Assembly: GCA_963834385.1 (NCBI GenBank)
Contig: CAWIBO010000003.1
Coordinates: forward strand, 160,001 to 224,000
DNA length: 64,000 nt
Direction: 5' to 3'
DNA from: an uncultured Verrucomicrobiae bacterium
Lineage (GTDB): Bacteria > Verrucomicrobiota > Verrucomicrobiia > Chthoniobacterales > UBA10450
Shown: positions 41,106-51,880 of the stretch, one piece after another
How positions within the stretch are numbered: position 1 is the first letter of the stretch
Layout: each line of letters begins with the position of its first letter
Made by a program: the position numbers and the translations under genes
Notes under the pieces: model-generated
Seen by the model: only the letters and a program-made list of their open reading frames with translations
What the model was told of the DNA's origin: nothing
The model's database searches: none

Positions 41106-41306
41106 ATAATTTTCTCCTTCTTCTGTCTCCTTCGCCCGGCAGCACGAACCATTGAAGTAACACGTTGAAGAACAACGATTTAACGGAACATCCCGCCGTC
41201 CTAAACGAAGGCGTTATGGCATCTTAGACGGGAACGCCGCAGCCTTGTTCAACGTGCCGCGGAAAATGCCGGGAAATTTCCCGCCGGCCCGGGGCCAAAA
41301 AAAGAG

Positions 41307-41381
<75 letters not shown>

Positions 41382-41497
41382 ATTGTTTGGGGAGGGGAAT
41401 AATGCCGACGCGTTTCCCGGGCGCAAGGTTTAATTGGATGGGAGGGCGCGCCACTTTTTTGAATCCAAAACCTCGGGTGGCCGCATCTCACGGTTAA

Positions 41498-42189
41498 ATG
41501 AAGACTATTCCCAACCTTGTTTGCCTTGGCCTGTTGTTCCTGGCCACCAGCCTTTTTGGCCAGTCCCCCACCGTCGCGCCGGACGCGGCCGCTTCCCCCG
41601 CAGCCACCGTGGCCGCTGATCCGGCGGCCACGGTTTCCCCGGCCGCGGTTGTCTCGCCGACGATCAGCCCCTCCTCTGCGGACCTGATGCAGCGCAAGAT
41701 TCACGAAAAGATTGAGCGCAAACTGAACCGCACGGTCGACGTCCGGGTGGACCGTCACCATGACGAGGACGACGGCCGGGATCGCGGTCATCGCGGCGGC
41801 GATTTTCCGGAGGAGATCCTGATCGTGCCCGTGGTGGGCTGGTGTTTCTTTCGCCGGTCCTGATCGTGGGCCTGGTGATGTTTTTCAGTTACTGGAAGAC
41901 CCGCACGCTGCATCGCACCGTCCGGGCCATGGTGGAAAAGGGGCAGGAAGTGCCGCCGGGGCTTCTGGCGCCCGTGGCCGCGCCGGAACGTCCGCGCTCG
42001 GACCTTCGCCGGGGCATCATTCTTGTCACCGTGGGAGCCGGCATCATGCTCTTCCTCGGGGCGGTGAACGACTGGGATGGCGGGGCCTGGGCGGTTGGAA
42101 TCATCCCATTCATGATTGGCGTCGGCTACCTCGTGGTGGCGCGGATGGAAGGCCTGAAAAAGGAGACAACACCCCCCTCTCTTCCGTAG
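41498..42189 (+). CDS. DUF6249-like membrane protein with exported N-terminus (apparent 1-nt deletion near 41840)
   Basis: Signal peptide and Ala/Pro linker; second frame LHRTVRAMVEKGQEVPP...SDLRRGIIL...GIIPFMIGVGYL. Confidence 0.7.
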
Positions 42190-42198
42190 CCTCAGGAC

Positions 42199-42735
42199 GT
42201 GTCGCCAAATGATGCCGATCTGGTCGCGCGGGTTCTGGTCGAGGATGATACGCACGCCTATTCCGAGCTGGTGCGCCGGCACCAGTCGGTCGTGCGCGGT
42301 CTTCTGCGCCAGCTTACGCGCCCCGATTTCTCACTGGCCGACGATCTCGCGCAGGAAACGTTTTTGCGCGCCTACCGCAGCCTGGCCAGTTTCCGGGGCG
42401 AAGCGAAGTTCACGACCTGGCTTTACCGGATTGCCTATAATGTCTTCAAGGCCGAGGCACGCCGGCGGCGCGAACTGGTCGGGTTGGACGAGTTTGAACA
42501 TGCGGCCGAGCCCGACCCGGCGGCGGCCAACCCCGCCTTGCGCCACGATCTCACCCATGCCCTTGGACAACTCCCGTTGCCCGAGCGCACCGCGGTGGTA
42601 CTCTGCTGCCAGAACGGCCTCACCCATGAGGAAGCCTCCCGGGTTCTCGAAATCCCGCTGGGCACGGTCAAGACGAACGTTTTGCGCGGACGCGAAAAAT
42701 TGAAGCATGCCCTGGCGGCCTGGGGCCCCAATTAA
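42199..42735 (+). CDS. ECF RNA polymerase sigma factor
   Basis: ADDLAQETFLRAY, FTTWLYRIAYN and IPLGTVKT motifs. Confidence 0.95.
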   Translation: MSPNDADLVARVLVEDDTHAYSELVRRHQSVVRGLLRQLTRPDFSLADDLAQETFLRAYRSLASFRGEAKFTTWLYRIAYNVFKAEARRRRELVGLDEFEHAAEPDPAAANPALRHDLTHALGQLPLPERTAVVLCCQNGLTHEEASRVLEIPLGTVKTNVLRGREKLKHALAAWGPN

Positions 42736-43077
42736 ATGACTGAGAGCGACGAAATCCTGGAGAAGCGGCTGCGCGAGGAAGCCTCCTATATTGACGACGA
42801 CGGATTTACCGCGCGCGTCATTTCCCGGCTGCCTGTGCGCCGGCGGCGCAATCCTTTTCGGGCCATTGTTCTGACGGTCGCAAGTCTCCTGGCCGCCGCG
42901 TTTGGTTACTTCCTGACGGAGGAAGGGCGGTTTGTCTGGGAAGCCGTGGCCTACCTGGAAATGGTGCCGGGCTGGATCCTGCTCGGCACCCTGCTGGTGG
43001 TCACCATCGTCATGGCCGCTTTTGCCCTCGCCGGTTCGGTGCAGCAAGAGCGGCGGCCGCAGACGCTTTTCCGCTAA
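42736..43077 (+). CDS. Putative membrane anti-sigma factor (DUF5056-like)
   Basis: IDDDGFTARVISRLP followed by two TM helices; abuts the ECF stop codon. Confidence 0.7.
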   Translation: MTESDEILEKRLREEASYIDDDGFTARVISRLPVRRRRNPFRAIVLTVASLLAAAFGYFLTEEGRFVWEAVAYLEMVPGWILLGTLLVVTIVMAAFALAGSVQQERRPQTLFR

Positions 43078-44006
43078 AGCTGCGCGCAGACGGCGCGCGC
43101 TTGTTCCGCGTCGCGCGCGATCTGGGCGGCCAGCTCGGGCAGACCGGCGAACTTCCGTTCTTCGCGCAGGTGTCGAAGAAACCGGACTTCCAGGTCCTGT
43201 CCGTAAATCTCGCGGTCGAGACCGAAGAGATGCAGCTCCAGGAGGCGCTCCGGCGAGCCGCCGGCCACGGTCGGACGAAAGCCGAGATTGGCCACGCCGG
43301 TGAAGCGTTCCTCCTGCAACCACGCTTCCACCGCGTAGACGCCGTTGGGCGGAAATTGTTCGCTGTGCGCGCTCAGGTTGGCGGTGGGAAACCCGAGCTG
43401 GTGCCCGAGGCCCGCGCCCCGCGTCACCGTCCCCAGAATGGTGTAGTCGCGCCCGAGCATGGCGCGGGCCCGTTCGAAATCGCCCTCCGCGACCGCCTGT
43501 CGGATGGCGGTGCTGCTGACCACGGTGCCGCCCTGGCGCACCGGCGGGATGCCGACGACCTTGAAATCGAGGCGCGCCCCGAGTTCCCGCAGGAGGTGGA
43601 TGTCGCCGCTGCGGTTGCGTCCAAAGGACCATTCGTGACCGACGCAGATTTCGCGCAACGGCCGCGCGTGCGCCGCCAGTTGTTCGACAAACTGGGAGGC
43701 GCTGGTGGCGGCGAAATCGCGGTCAAAAGTGATCACGAGCAGATGCGCCACGCCCAGCTCGCGGATGAACGCGATTTTGTGCTGGGTGGCGGTGAGGAGC
43801 CGGGGCGGCGCCTCCGGCCGCAGGACCTTTAACGGATGCGGATCAAAGGTGACGACCACAGGCGTGCCCCCTTCCCCGGCGGCGTGGGCGGCCGAGGTGG
43901 AGATGACGGCCTGGTGACCGAGATGGACGCCGTCAAAAACGCCAATAGCGGTGAAGATCGGCCCGCGCAGGTTCGCCAGTTCCGCGATCGAGCGCAGGAT
44001 TTCCAT
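43074..44006 (-). CDS. ribF: Bifunctional riboflavin kinase / FAD synthetase
   Basis: IGVFDGVHLGHQ, SSTAIR, LGFPTAN, GFRPTV and EERKF motifs. Confidence 0.97.
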   Translation of the reverse strand: MEILRSIAELANLRGPIFTAIGVFDGVHLGHQAVISTSAAHAAGEGGTPVVVTFDPHPLKVLRPEAPPRLLTATQHKIAFIRELGVAHLLVITFDRDFAATSASQFVEQLAAHARPLREICVGHEWSFGRNRSGDIHLLRELGARLDFKVVGIPPVRQGGTVVSSTAIRQAVAEGDFERARAMLGRDYTILGTVTRGAGLGHQLGFPTANLSAHSEQFPPNGVYAVEAWLQEERFTGVANLGFRPTVAGGSPERLLELHLFGLDREIYGQDLEVRFLRHLREERKFAGLPELAAQIARDAEQARAVCAQL

Positions 44007-44007
44007 C

Positions 44008-44733
44008 CTACGCCCCGCGGAGCCGGGAAACTTCCGGCAGGCTCAGGATGCGGCTGATAATGTCGACCGGCTCCGATTCTTCCAGCTCGGCCACCGTGAT
44101 GGCGCCTTCCACGCTGAAGCGCCCGGACTTGGTCCGGCGCAATTCCTGGAGGTGGGCGCCGCAGCCGAGGTCCTGGCCGATGTCGTGGGCATAGGTCCGG
44201 ACGTAAAAGCCCTTGCTGCAGGACACGGAGAAATCGATTTCCGGCAGGGCCATCCGTTCGAGAGTGTAACGCGTAGACATGCACCAGGCGCGGCTCGCGC
44301 TCCACCACCTTGCCCTGCCGCGCCAGCTTGTAGAGCGGCACGCCGTCCTTCTTGATCGCCGAGACCATCGGCGGCATCTGGTAAAAATCGCCCCGGTAAC
44401 GCTCGAACACCGCGCGCATCTCTTCTTCCTTCAACTCCGGCACCGGCTTCTCCTCCACGGTCTGGCCGTCCGCGATCCTGGGTGTCCGTGCTCTTCCCGA
44501 GCCGAAGGGTGCCGACGTATTCCTTGTCCTCGCTCATGAGGAGGTCCTGGATTTTGGTTCCGCGGCCGATGGTGATCGATAAGCAGGCCGGTCGCGATCG
44601 GGTCGAGGGTGCCGCAATGGCCGACTTTTTTCGTCTGGAGACGGCGCCGGATCAGCGCGACCACATCGTGGGAGGTCATCCCCGGGGCCTTGTCGACCAG
44701 GAGAACACCATCAAGGGTGGCGCTGAGGGACAT
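44008..44733 (-). CDS. truB: tRNA pseudouridine(55) synthase (three apparent 1-nt insertions near 44577, 44474, 44272)
   Basis: DKAPGMTSHD, GHCGTLDPIATG, KEYVG, QMPPMVSAIK, CSKGFYVRT and LRRTKSG spread over four ORF fragments. Confidence 0.93.
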
Positions 44734-44735
44734 GA

Positions 44736-45749
44736 TCAGGTTCGGCCGGCGGCCATCTCCGGTTTGGTTTGCCGGGGGCCGTTGATCGCCCCGGCAATGG
44801 CAGCAAGCACCCGTTCCTCCACTTCCGCAAGCGTGCCGGCTACGCGCGCCCCGGCGGCCAGCTTGTGGCCGCCCCCGCCGAATTGCTGGCAGATGGCGCA
44901 AACATCAGCCCTGTCCTCCTTCGAGCGCATGCTGACGCGGACCTTGCCCGCGGGCAATTCCTCGAAGAAGACCGCCACGATCACGCCTTCGATGGCGCGG
45001 AGATGGTCGATCAGCCCTTCGTTGTCCTCGGGCTTCGCGCCCAGGCTCGCGGCCACTTCCTGGCTCAGGCTGAAACTGGCGATGCGTCCTTCCGCCTCGA
45101 AACGGAGCCGGGCGAGCAGTTCGCGCAGCAGCTCGATCCGCCGGCGCGGATGATTTTCATAAAGCTGGCGGCTCAGGCGCCCGACATCGACGCCGGCCTG
45201 GATCAGCTCGGCGGCGATGGCAAAGGTCCGGGCCGTGGTGTTTGGATACTGGAAGGAACCGGTGTCGGTGGAAATGGCGGCAAAGAGGTTTTCCGCCATG
45301 GCGGCATCCAGGGGCAGCTTTTCGCTTTTCATCAGCTCAAACAGAATCTCCCCGGTGGCCGGCGCAATCGGGTCGATGTAAACCAGGTCGCCGTAGCGCG
45401 GGTTGCTGGGATGATGATCGATGTTGATCCAGGTGCCGGCCTGTTTCACCGCCGCCAGGGTGGTGCCGAGCCGGTTTTGCACCGCGGTATCCAGCGCAAT
45501 CGCCACCTCGAACTCCTCCGGCTGGGCCGGCGGCTGCCGGACCAGTTCGCTGCCCGGCAGGAAGGCATATTTCTCCAGCATGCCGTCCTCGTTCCAGATC
45601 GCGACCTCCTTGCCAAGGGCCCGCAGGGAAAGGCCGAGCGCCAACTGGCTGCCGAGGGCGTCGCCATCGGGGCGCACATGGCTGAGCACGACAAAGCGCT
45701 GATGCTCCCGCAGGACCCGGCCGATCTCGGCAAAGGAGGAATTGATCAT
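44736..45749 (-). CDS. DHH/DHHA1 phosphoesterase (NrnA-like)
   Basis: HVRPDGDALGS, NIDHH, TDTGSF and GGGGHKLAAG motifs. Confidence 0.94.
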   Translation of the reverse strand: MINSSFAEIGRVLREHQRFVVLSHVRPDGDALGSQLALGLSLRALGKEVAIWNEDGMLEKYAFLPGSELVRQPPAQPEEFEVAIALDTAVQNRLGTTLAAVKQAGTWINIDHHPSNPRYGDLVYIDPIAPATGEILFELMKSEKLPLDAAMAENLFAAISTDTGSFQYPNTTARTFAIAAELIQAGVDVGRLSRQLYENHPRRRIELLRELLARLRFEAEGRIASFSLSQEVAASLGAKPEDNEGLIDHLRAIEGVIVAVFFEELPAGKVRVSMRSKEDRADVCAICQQFGGGGHKLAAGARVAGTLAEVEERVLAAIAGAINGPRQTKPEMAAGRT

Positions 45750-46096
45750 TTCTCCTCGTCCTTCGGGGGCTCGATCTCCTGCAGGATCTCGATGACGCGC
45801 GTGCCGCGCTCGACCGAGTTGTCGAGATGGAAAACGAGGTGGGGCGTATACTTGAGGACAACGCGCCGGGCCAGTTCCGCCTGAAGCAGGGCGCGGTTTG
45901 CCTCCAGCTTGGCCATGACCCCGGCGGCGCCTTTGCCGCCGAGCACGCTGACGTAGGCATGGGCCGATTTCAGGTCCGGTGTGACATCGACCTGGTTCAG
46001 GGTGACCAGCGCGTCCTCGAACTTCATCTCGCGGGTCATGAGCAGGCTCAGCTCGCGCTTGAGCAGTTCATTTACGCGGAGAAGTCGATGTTTCAT
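45746..46096 (-). CDS. rbfA: Ribosome-binding factor A
   Basis: RVNELLKREL, VTPDLKSA and LKYTPHLVFHLD; position after infB. Confidence 0.95.
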   Translation of the reverse strand: MKHRLLRVNELLKRELSLLMTREMKFEDALVTLNQVDVTPDLKSAHAYVSVLGGKGAAGVMAKLEANRALLQAELARRVVLKYTPHLVFHLDNSVERGTRVIEILQEIEPPKDEEK

Positions 46097-46152
46097 GAGG
46101 GTGGCGCAAGCTTCCAGCCGGCCGGGTGTCGCTCGCGGGCCGGGAGCCTGCG

Positions 46153-48483
46153 CTACAATTTCTGCGCCACCTGCTCGAGCTGGTAGCACTCGATGATGTC
46201 GCCGACCTGATATTCCGAATAATCGCCCAGTTTGATGCCGCACTCGAGCCCTGAACGAACTTCCTTCACGTCGTCCTGGAAGCGGCGCAGGGTGGCCAGG
46301 CCGCCGTCGTAGACCGGCTGGCGCCGGCGCAGGACGCGGGCGCGGGCCGTGCGCGAGATGCGACCGTCGGAAACAAGGCAGCCGGCCACGATCCCGCGGC
46401 TGAGCTGGAAAACCTGCTTCACCTCGGCGTGCCCGATCACCGTTTCGCGGTGCTCCGGGTCGAGCATCTCCGCCATCGAATCCTTAATCTGGTCGATCAA
46501 CTCGTAAATGATGGAGTAAAGCTTGATCTGGACGCCTTCACGCTTGGCCGCGCTCACGGCCATGTTCTCAACCTTGATGTTGAAGCCGATGACCACGGCA
46601 TCCGAGGCGCTGGCCAGCAGGATGTCGGACTCCGAGACCGGCCCGACAGCCGAGTGCACGATCTCAAGATCGATCTTCTTGCTTTCGATCTGTTCCAGCG
46701 AACCGACGAGCGCCTCGAGAGAACCCTGGGCGTCGCACTTCAGGACGATGCGGAGGACTTTCTTGCCGTCCGCGGCCTCGAGCAGGGTCTCCAGCGTCGC
46801 CCGTTGCGGGGTGGAAAGTTTGTCGGCCCGTTTCGCGGCCAGGCGTTCCTCGCTCAGGGTCTTGGCTTCGCGCTCCGTGTTCATCACCAGAAACTCGTCG
46901 CCTGCCAGCGGCACACCCATGAAACCGAGGACCTTTACCGGTGTTCCCGGGCCGGCCGACTTCACCGGCTTGCCCTGGTCGTCGATCAGGGACTTCACCT
47001 TGCCGCCGTAATCGCCGCAAATGAAGGGGTCACCGATCTTGAGCGTGCCCATCTGCACGATCACGGTCGCGGTCGGGCCGCGCCCGGCTTCCACCTGCGC
47101 CTCGATCACGGTGCCGCGGGGCTTGGCCGTCGGGGAGGCCTTTAATTCCATGACCTCGGCCTGAAGCGTCATCATTTCGAGCAATTTATCGATGCCGGTC
47201 CCCTTGGTGGCGGAAACTTCGCAGACAATGGTTTCGCCGCCCCAGTCTTCCGGGGAAAGTTCGCGTTCCTGGAGCTGTTTCTTGACCTTGTCGATGTTGG
47301 CCGAGGGAAGATCGATCTTGTTGATCGCGACCATGATCTTGACGTGTTTGGCCGCCTTGGCATGGCTGATGGCCTCGATGGTCTGCGGCATGAGGCCGTC
47401 ATCCGCGGCCACGACCAGGACGACGATATCCGTGACGTTGGCGCCGCGGGCCCGCATGGCGGTGAAAGCGGCATGGCCGGGGGTGTCGATAAAGGTGATG
47501 CGCTCGCTCTTGTGCTCGACGCTGTAGGCGCCGATGTGCTGGGTGATGCCGCCTGCTTCCCCGGCAGCCACCTTTGTTTTCCGGACCGCGTCCATGAGCG
47601 ACGTCTTCCCGTGGTCAACGTGCCCCATGAAGGTGATGATGGGCGGGCGGGATTTGAGTTCCTCCTCCTTCTCGATCACCGGCGGGGGCGGGGCTTCCAC
47701 CACCTCGACCACCTTGTGCACGCCGCCGTCTTTTTTGCGGCGTTCCACTTCAAAGACAAAGCCGTGGCTCTCGCAGATCTTCGCCGCGACATCGGGCTCG
47801 ATGGTCTGGTTCTGGTTTGCGAAAACGTTCAGCTCCATCAACTGCTTGATCACCTGGAAGGGCTTCAGCCCCATCTCGGTCGCCAGTTCCTTGACGATGA
47901 TCGGCGGCTTGATGTGGATGATCTTGCTCGGGTCCACTTCTTCGGCCGGGGCGTCGCCCTCGGCGGGCGCGGGCCCGGACTCGACCGGGGCGGGTGCGGG
48001 AGCAGGGGCCGGTGCCGGCGTCGGTTTGGCGGGCGGCGGCGGAGCCGGCTTCTGCGCGGCGGGAATGATGCGGGAAATCGGGGGAAGCATCGTGCGCTTC
48101 ACGGTCGTGCTGTCGGCCGGCGGCCGCTCCTTCGGTTTCTTTTCATCAATAAGGGAAAGACTTTCCACCTGGGGCCGCGGTGCCTTCGGCGGAGCGGCCG
48201 GGGTCGGGGCGGTTTTGGAGGCGGGCGGGGTGGCCGGGCGCGCCGGAGCGGGAGCCGGCGCGGGCCGGCTCGGGGCTGTCACTGGTTTGGCGGCCGGTTT
48301 CGATTCCGCTGCCTTGGGGGGGGCGGCGGGCCGGGCGGGCGCGGCCGCTTTTTTGGCCTTCGCCGGAGCCTTGCTTTTCGACCTAGCGGAGGAAGCGGAC
48401 TTGGAACCGGATGCCTTGACCTTCTTCCCGCCAGACGACGCCGTCTTGCGCGCTGCGGTTTTGGTCTTGGTTTTGGTGGGCAT
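46153..48483 (-). CDS. infB: Translation initiation factor IF-2
   Basis: [30 protein letters not shown] and NKID; Lys/Ala/Pro-rich N-terminus. Confidence 0.99.
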   Translation of the reverse strand: MPTKTKTKTAARKTASSGGKKVKASGSKSASSARSKSKAPAKAKKAAAPARPAAPPKAAESKPAAKPVTAPSRPAPAPAPARPATPPASKTAPTPAAPPKAPRPQVESLSLIDEKKPKERPPADSTTVKRTMLPPISRIIPAAQKPAPPPPAKPTPAPAPAPAPAPVESGPAPAEGDAPAEEVDPSKIIHIKPPIIVKELATEMGLKPFQVIKQLMELNVFANQNQTIEPDVAAKICESHGFVFEVERRKKDGGVHKVVEVVEAPPPPVIEKEEELKSRPPIITFMGHVDHGKTSLMDAVRKTKVAAGEAGGITQHIGAYSVEHKSERITFIDTPGHAAFTAMRARGANVTDIVVLVVAADDGLMPQTIEAISHAKAAKHVKIMVAINKIDLPSANIDKVKKQLQERELSPEDWGGETIVCEVSATKGTGIDKLLEMMTLQAEVMELKASPTAKPRGTVIEAQVEAGRGPTATVIVQMGTLKIGDPFICGDYGGKVKSLIDDQGKPVKSAGPGTPVKVLGFMGVPLAGDEFLVMNTEREAKTLSEERLAAKRADKLSTPQRATLETLLEAADGKKVLRIVLKCDAQGSLEALVGSLEQIESKKIDLEIVHSAVGPVSESDILLASASDAVVIGFNIKVENMAVSAAKREGVQIKLYSIIYELIDQIKDSMAEMLDPEHRETVIGHAEVKQVFQLSRGIVAGCLVSDGRISRTARARVLRRRQPVYDGGLATLRRFQDDVKEVRSGLECGIKLGDYSEYQVGDIIECYQLEQVAQKL

Positions 48484-48531
48484 GTTGTTCCTTGGTGCTC
48501 ATGGCCGCGAGCTGGTTAGCGGGAGGCCATT

Positions 48532-49782
48532 TTAAACTGCGGGTGCTTCCTTGGGCACTGCATCGTGTATTTGCTGCGCCGTCGCCTCGTCCACCCCTAA
48601 AATTTCGACCAGGTCGCTGGCGTCGGCGTCGCGCAGGCCTTCCAGGTTGATAAAGCCGGCTTTGACCAGGAGGAGCGACTGTTCCTCGTTGATCGGAAGC
48701 GCGGCGGCCAGGTTCTGTGCGGCCTGGGCCACCTTCTGTTCCACCGCGGTGGTGGCGGAGACGTCCTTCTCGATGTTGATCTCCCAGCCGGTCAGGCGCG
48801 AGGTCAGGCGGGCGTTCTGCCCTTTCTTCCCGATGGCGAGCGAAAGCTGGTCTTCGTCGACCGAGATCTGCACGGTCTTCTTTTCCGTGTCGAAGACGAG
48901 GTTCTTCACCTTGGCCGGTTTCAGGGCCTCGAGCACAAAATCCTTCGGGTCGGAGCTCCAGCGAATGATGTCCACCTTTTCGTTGTTGAGTTCGCGGACG
49001 ATGTTTTTCACGCGCGAACCGCGCATGCCGACGCAGGCGCCGACCGGGTCCACCTTCTCGTTCGAGCTCGCGACCGCGATCTTGGTCCGGTAACCGGCCT
49101 CGCGGGCGATCCCGCGGATCTCCACGGTGCCGTCGGCGATCTCGCTCACTTCCAGTTCGAAAAGGCGGCGCACGAAATTCGGGTGGCTCCGTGAGACGAT
49201 GATCTCCGGGCCGCGAATGCCGTTCTCGACCGCGACGACGTAGGCGCGGAGCCGGTCGCCGATGTTGTAATCCTCCACCACCACGCGTTCGCGCTGCGGC
49301 ATGATGGCCTCGAACTTGCCCAGGTCCAGGATCACGTCCGACCGGTCGAAGCGGCGCACGGTCCCGCTCACGATCTCGCCCGCGCGGTCCTTGAACTCCT
49401 CGTAAATCATCTCCTTCTCGACCTGCCGGATGCGCTGCATCATGGCCTGCTTGGCGGTCTGCGCGGCGATGCGCCCGAAGTTCTTTGGCGTCACCTCCAC
49501 CTCGACCGCCTCGCCCACGGCGGCGTCGGCCTTGATCCGGCGCGCTTTCGAGAGGGAAATCTCGTCCTGCGGGTTGGTCACGTCCTCGACCACGAGCAGG
49601 TTGGCCAGGGCCCGGATTTCGCCCGTCTTCGGGTTGATATCGATATGGAGGTCGCGCGAGGCGCTGACGCTCTTTTTCGAGGCTGAGAGAAGGGCGTTCG
49701 AGACCGCCTCGATCAGGATCTCGCGTTTGATTCCGCGCTCCCGCTCGAGGTAATCCAGCATGGCGATAAACTCAGCGTTCAT
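48532..49782 (-). CDS. nusA: Transcription termination/antitermination factor NusA
   Basis: FGRIAAQTAKQ, DPVGACVGMRGSRV and AIGKKGQNARL motifs. Confidence 0.99.
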   Translation of the reverse strand: MNAEFIAMLDYLERERGIKREILIEAVSNALLSASKKSVSASRDLHIDINPKTGEIRALANLLVVEDVTNPQDEISLSKARRIKADAAVGEAVEVEVTPKNFGRIAAQTAKQAMMQRIRQVEKEMIYEEFKDRAGEIVSGTVRRFDRSDVILDLGKFEAIMPQRERVVVEDYNIGDRLRAYVVAVENGIRGPEIIVSRSHPNFVRRLFELEVSEIADGTVEIRGIAREAGYRTKIAVASSNEKVDPVGACVGMRGSRVKNIVRELNNEKVDIIRWSSDPKDFVLEALKPAKVKNLVFDTEKKTVQISVDEDQLSLAIGKKGQNARLTSRLTGWEINIEKDVSATTAVEQKVAQAAQNLAAALPINEEQSLLLVKAGFINLEGLRDADASDLVEILGVDEATAQQIHDAVPKEAPAV

Positions 49783-49802
49783 AAAAAATTTCGCCCGCCG
49801 AC

Positions 49803-49831
49803 AAAAAAGAGTGGGACACCGGCTCCCACTC
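49803..49831 (-). promoter_or_regulatory. Terminator-like leader hairpin upstream of nusA (rimP-leader-like attenuator)
   Basis: Minus strand GAGTGGGA-GCCGGTG-TCCCACTC-TTTTTT, 20 nt before the nusA ATG, with no same-strand gene upstream. Confidence 0.7.
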
Positions 49832-49945
49832 CAATCCACCGCGGACTAGACCCGGAAGGTAATTTTTGCCGGTCTTCCCGTCAAGGGGGAGTGCGGGTGG
49901 CCCACTTTGCACTTTCCAAGCGGCGAGCCGGGCGGAGAGTGCGGC

Positions 49946-51350
49946 ATGCCGTGGCGGCTGCTCCTTGTCCTCGCAACCTGGTCGGCCATCTTTTTGCCGG
50001 CGCTCGGCTCCCTCGAAATCAAGGGGGAGGAGGGGCGCCGCATCCTCCCGGCCGTGCAAATGCTCGAGACCGGCGACTTCCTGGTCCCGCGGGTGGGGAG
50101 CGAGCCGTATCTGCGCAAACCGCCCCTGATCAACTGGCTCATCGCCGGTTCTTTCGAGCTTTTCGGCGTCCGCAACGAATGGACCGCCCGGCTGCCCTCG
50201 GCGCTCGGCCTGCTGGCGGTTGCGGTCGGGTTCCTGGTTCTCGGCCGGCGGGCCCTTGGACAATGGGGCAGCCTGGCCGGCGCCCTCATGTGGCTGACCT
50301 GCTTCGGCATGGTGGAAAAAGGCCGCCTGGCCGAGATCGAGGCGCTTTACGTCTCTCTTTCCGGGCTGGCGTTTCTTTGCTGGCTCTTCTTCTGGTGGGA
50401 AGGGCGTTCCCGCTGGTGGATCTGGCTGGCCCCGGCGATTTTTCTGGGGCTTGGGCTCCTGACCAAGGGGCCTCTGCATTTGCTCTTCTTTTACAGCCTG
50501 GTCGCGGCGGTCCTTTGGCGCAGTGGTGAACTCTCCCGTCTTTGGAGCCTGCCTCACCTCGTGGCCCTCCTCGTGATGCTTGGGATTTTTGCCGCCTGGG
50601 CCGTTCCCTGTCTCCTGGTGCTGGAGAGCGGAGAAGTGGCGGCGATTTGGACGCGCCAGGCGACCGGGCGAATCAGTGCGAAGAACACCGACTGGGCGAA
50701 ATGGGCCCTCAACATTCCCAAGGGCATCCTTTATCTGCTGCCGTGGGCGGTCCTCCTGCCGGCCGTGCGATGGATGCGCGTGGGAGACGAAAAAGGCCTC
50801 AACTTTCTCCGCGGCCTTGTCCCGGGTCTCGGTCTCCCGTTTCTCCTGGTCTGCCTTCTTCCGGGCGGGTTGCCGCGCTACACCATGCCTCTGTTGGTGC
50901 CGGCCGTTTTCGGGATCGCGCTCGCCTTGCACGAAAACGCGCTGGTTTATCCGCGCCGCGCTTTTCGCGCCGTCTTCGTGACTGTCGCCATCATGGCGGT
51001 CGGGATGATTCTTTATGCGGGGCTGGTCGTGCCGCGGCTGCAGGCGCGGGCCAAGATCCGGCCGTGGGCGGCGCGCATGGAGGCGGTCATTCCGCCCGGC
51101 GCGCGCCTGGTCGCGGTCGACCCGGACTATCAGCCCTATCTTTTCTACCTTTCGAGGCCCATCACTTATGTGAGCAGCGTGCCGGAGCTGCCGGTCTCCG
51201 CGCGTTATGTCCTGGTGGAGCGACGGAACCAGGAGGCGCTGGAGAAGAGGTCTGCCGGAGCGATCGCCGCAGGTTTTGTTGCGGATCAAGGATTACCGGA
51301 CGCGGGAGGCGCTGGTGTATGAGCTGGCACGGGAAGAGAGCGGTCCTTGA
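49946..51350 (+). CDS. ArnT/PMT-like polytopic membrane glycosyltransferase (possible 1-nt insertion near 51251; ends at 51322 as written)
   Basis: EEGRR, PYLRKPPLINW, EWTARLPSAL and LTKGP motifs; many TM helices. Confidence 0.88.
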
Positions 51351-51372
51351 CAGGGGACCCGGGCCGGATTGC

Positions 51373-51384
51373 TTAGCATGCTAA
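51373..51384. promoter_or_regulatory. SlyA-box-like operator palindrome TTAGCATGCTAA
   Basis: Perfect 12-bp palindrome 7 nt before the MarR-family ATG; TTGACA at 51347-51352. Confidence 0.75.
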
Positions 51385-51391
51385 CTGTTCC

Positions 51392-51880
51392 ATGAACCAG
51401 CTTGACCCCGAAAAAATCGGCCTCCTCCTGAGCGAGACGGCGCGCGCCTGGCGCACCCGCCTCGACCAGCGCCTGCGCCCCCTTGGCCTGAGCCAGGGCA
51501 AGTGGACTGCGTTGGTCCACCTGGCCGTGGCCAATCGTCCCCTCACGCAACGGGACGTGGCCGAGCGCGTCGGCGTCGAGGAACCGACCATGGCCGGGGT
51601 TCTTCGGCGGCTGGAAAATGATGGCTGGGTCCGGCGACAGCCCTGCCGGGAAGATCGGCGCTGCAAGACCGTCCATCTGGAACGGCGTTCGAAGAAGGTC
51701 CTCGAATCCATTTTGGCCACCGCCCGCCACCTGCGTCATGAACTCTTGACCGAGATTTCCCGCGCGGAACTGCAAACCTGCATGAGCGTGCTCGACCGGA
51801 TCCGGGCCAAGGCCGACGCCCTTTCGGCAAATGGGACGAGTCATTTGAACGGCCACAGGCGAATAAAGGGCGGCAAATGA
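51392..51880 (+). CDS. MarR-family regulator, SlyA-like
   Basis: ARAWRTRLDQRLRPLGLSQ, TQRDVAERVGVEEPT and EDRRCK motifs. Confidence 0.93.
   Translation: MNQLDPEKIGLLLSETARAWRTRLDQRLRPLGLSQGKWTALVHLAVANRPLTQRDVAERVGVEEPTMAGVLRRLENDGWVRRQPCREDRRCKTVHLERRSKKVLESILATARHLRHELLTEISRAELQTCMSVLDRIRAKADALSANGTSHLNGHRRIKGGK

Noticed and set aside
44008..44733. truB, rpoC and hlyD as pseudogenes or programmed frameshifts
   Set aside because: rpoC is essential, all motifs are intact, no slippery heptamers are evident, and similar indels are scattered across the window.
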